A stretch of 64,000 nucleotides of DNA from Octopus sinensis (Eukaryota). The position numbers and the translations under genes were made by a program. The stretch covers positions 20,026,001-20,090,000 of the forward strand of contig NC_043018.1 of NCBI RefSeq assembly GCF_006345805.1. The letters run 5' to 3'. This document shows, piece by piece, positions 63,391 through 64,000 of the stretch (position 1 is its first letter; the number at the start of each line of letters is the position of its first letter). The notes beneath the pieces were generated by a model. That model saw only the letters and a program-made list of their open reading frames with translations. It was not told where the DNA came from and ran no database searches.

Positions 63391-64000
63391 TATTACTATT
63401 ATTATTATTATTATTACTATTATTACTATTATTATTATTATTATTACTATTATTACTATTACTATTATTATTATTACTATTATACTATTATTACTGTTAT
63501 TATTACTGTTATTATTATTATTATTATATTATTACTATTATTATTATTATTATTATCATCATCATCACATCATCATCATCATCATCCATCATCATCATCA
63601 TCATATTATTATTATTATTATTATCACTTTTATTATTATATTATTATTATATTATTATTATTACTATTATTACTATTATTATTATTATTATTACTATTAT
63701 TACTATTATTATTATTATTATTACTATTATTACTATTACTATTATTATTACTATTATTACTATTATTACTGTTATTATACTGTTATATTATTATTATTAT
63801 TATTATTACTATTATTATTATTATTATTATTTCATCATCATCATCACATCATCATCATCATTATTATTATTAATATTTATCACTTTTATTATTATTATTA
63901 TATTATTATTATTATTATCATTATTATTACTATTATTACTATTATTATTATTATTATTACTATTATTACTATTATTACTATTATTATATTATTACTATTA
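62638..64000. repeat. Long (ATT/ACT/CAT)n array running off the window end
   Basis: Direct reading; short unique interruptions; ~250-300-bp block duplications (63555 vs 63833; 63623 vs 63877). Confidence 0.95.

Overview
AT-rich, microsatellite-saturated animal DNA. The SINE repertoire and microsatellite load most resemble octopus (coleoid cephalopod); this is inferred from pattern recognition, not a database search. No intact host protein-coding gene is recognisable, and nearly all ORFs in the track are translated microsatellites or SINEs. Real coding remnants are an internally deleted piggyBac with an intact C-terminal ORF (21.55-22.40 kb), two RTE-clade LINE fragments (6.2-6.6 kb; 37.6-38.2 kb) and two tandem R4/Dong-like LINE 3' ends inside (AAT)n arrays (61.5-62.2 kb). 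The rest is dozens of short retroelement copies in about six families (my labels A-F), TTAA MITEs, palindromic/foldback elements, minisatellites and a few CpG-retaining unique islands that may be promoters or exons of an unidentified minus-strand transcript. Best leads: (1) a tRNA-headed SINE carrying a degenerate minimal hammerhead ribozyme (38.26-38.92 kb); (2) the mini-piggyBac with a CRD-only ORF and phased palindromes; (3) a 5-kb mirror-ordered retroelement cluster (12-17 kb); (4) an (AAT)n-targeting non-autonomous element; (5) a retroelement family with a structured, copy-number-variable 64-bp head. Repeat boundaries are read by eye and are approximate to about 10 bp unless a TSD or TIR is quoted.
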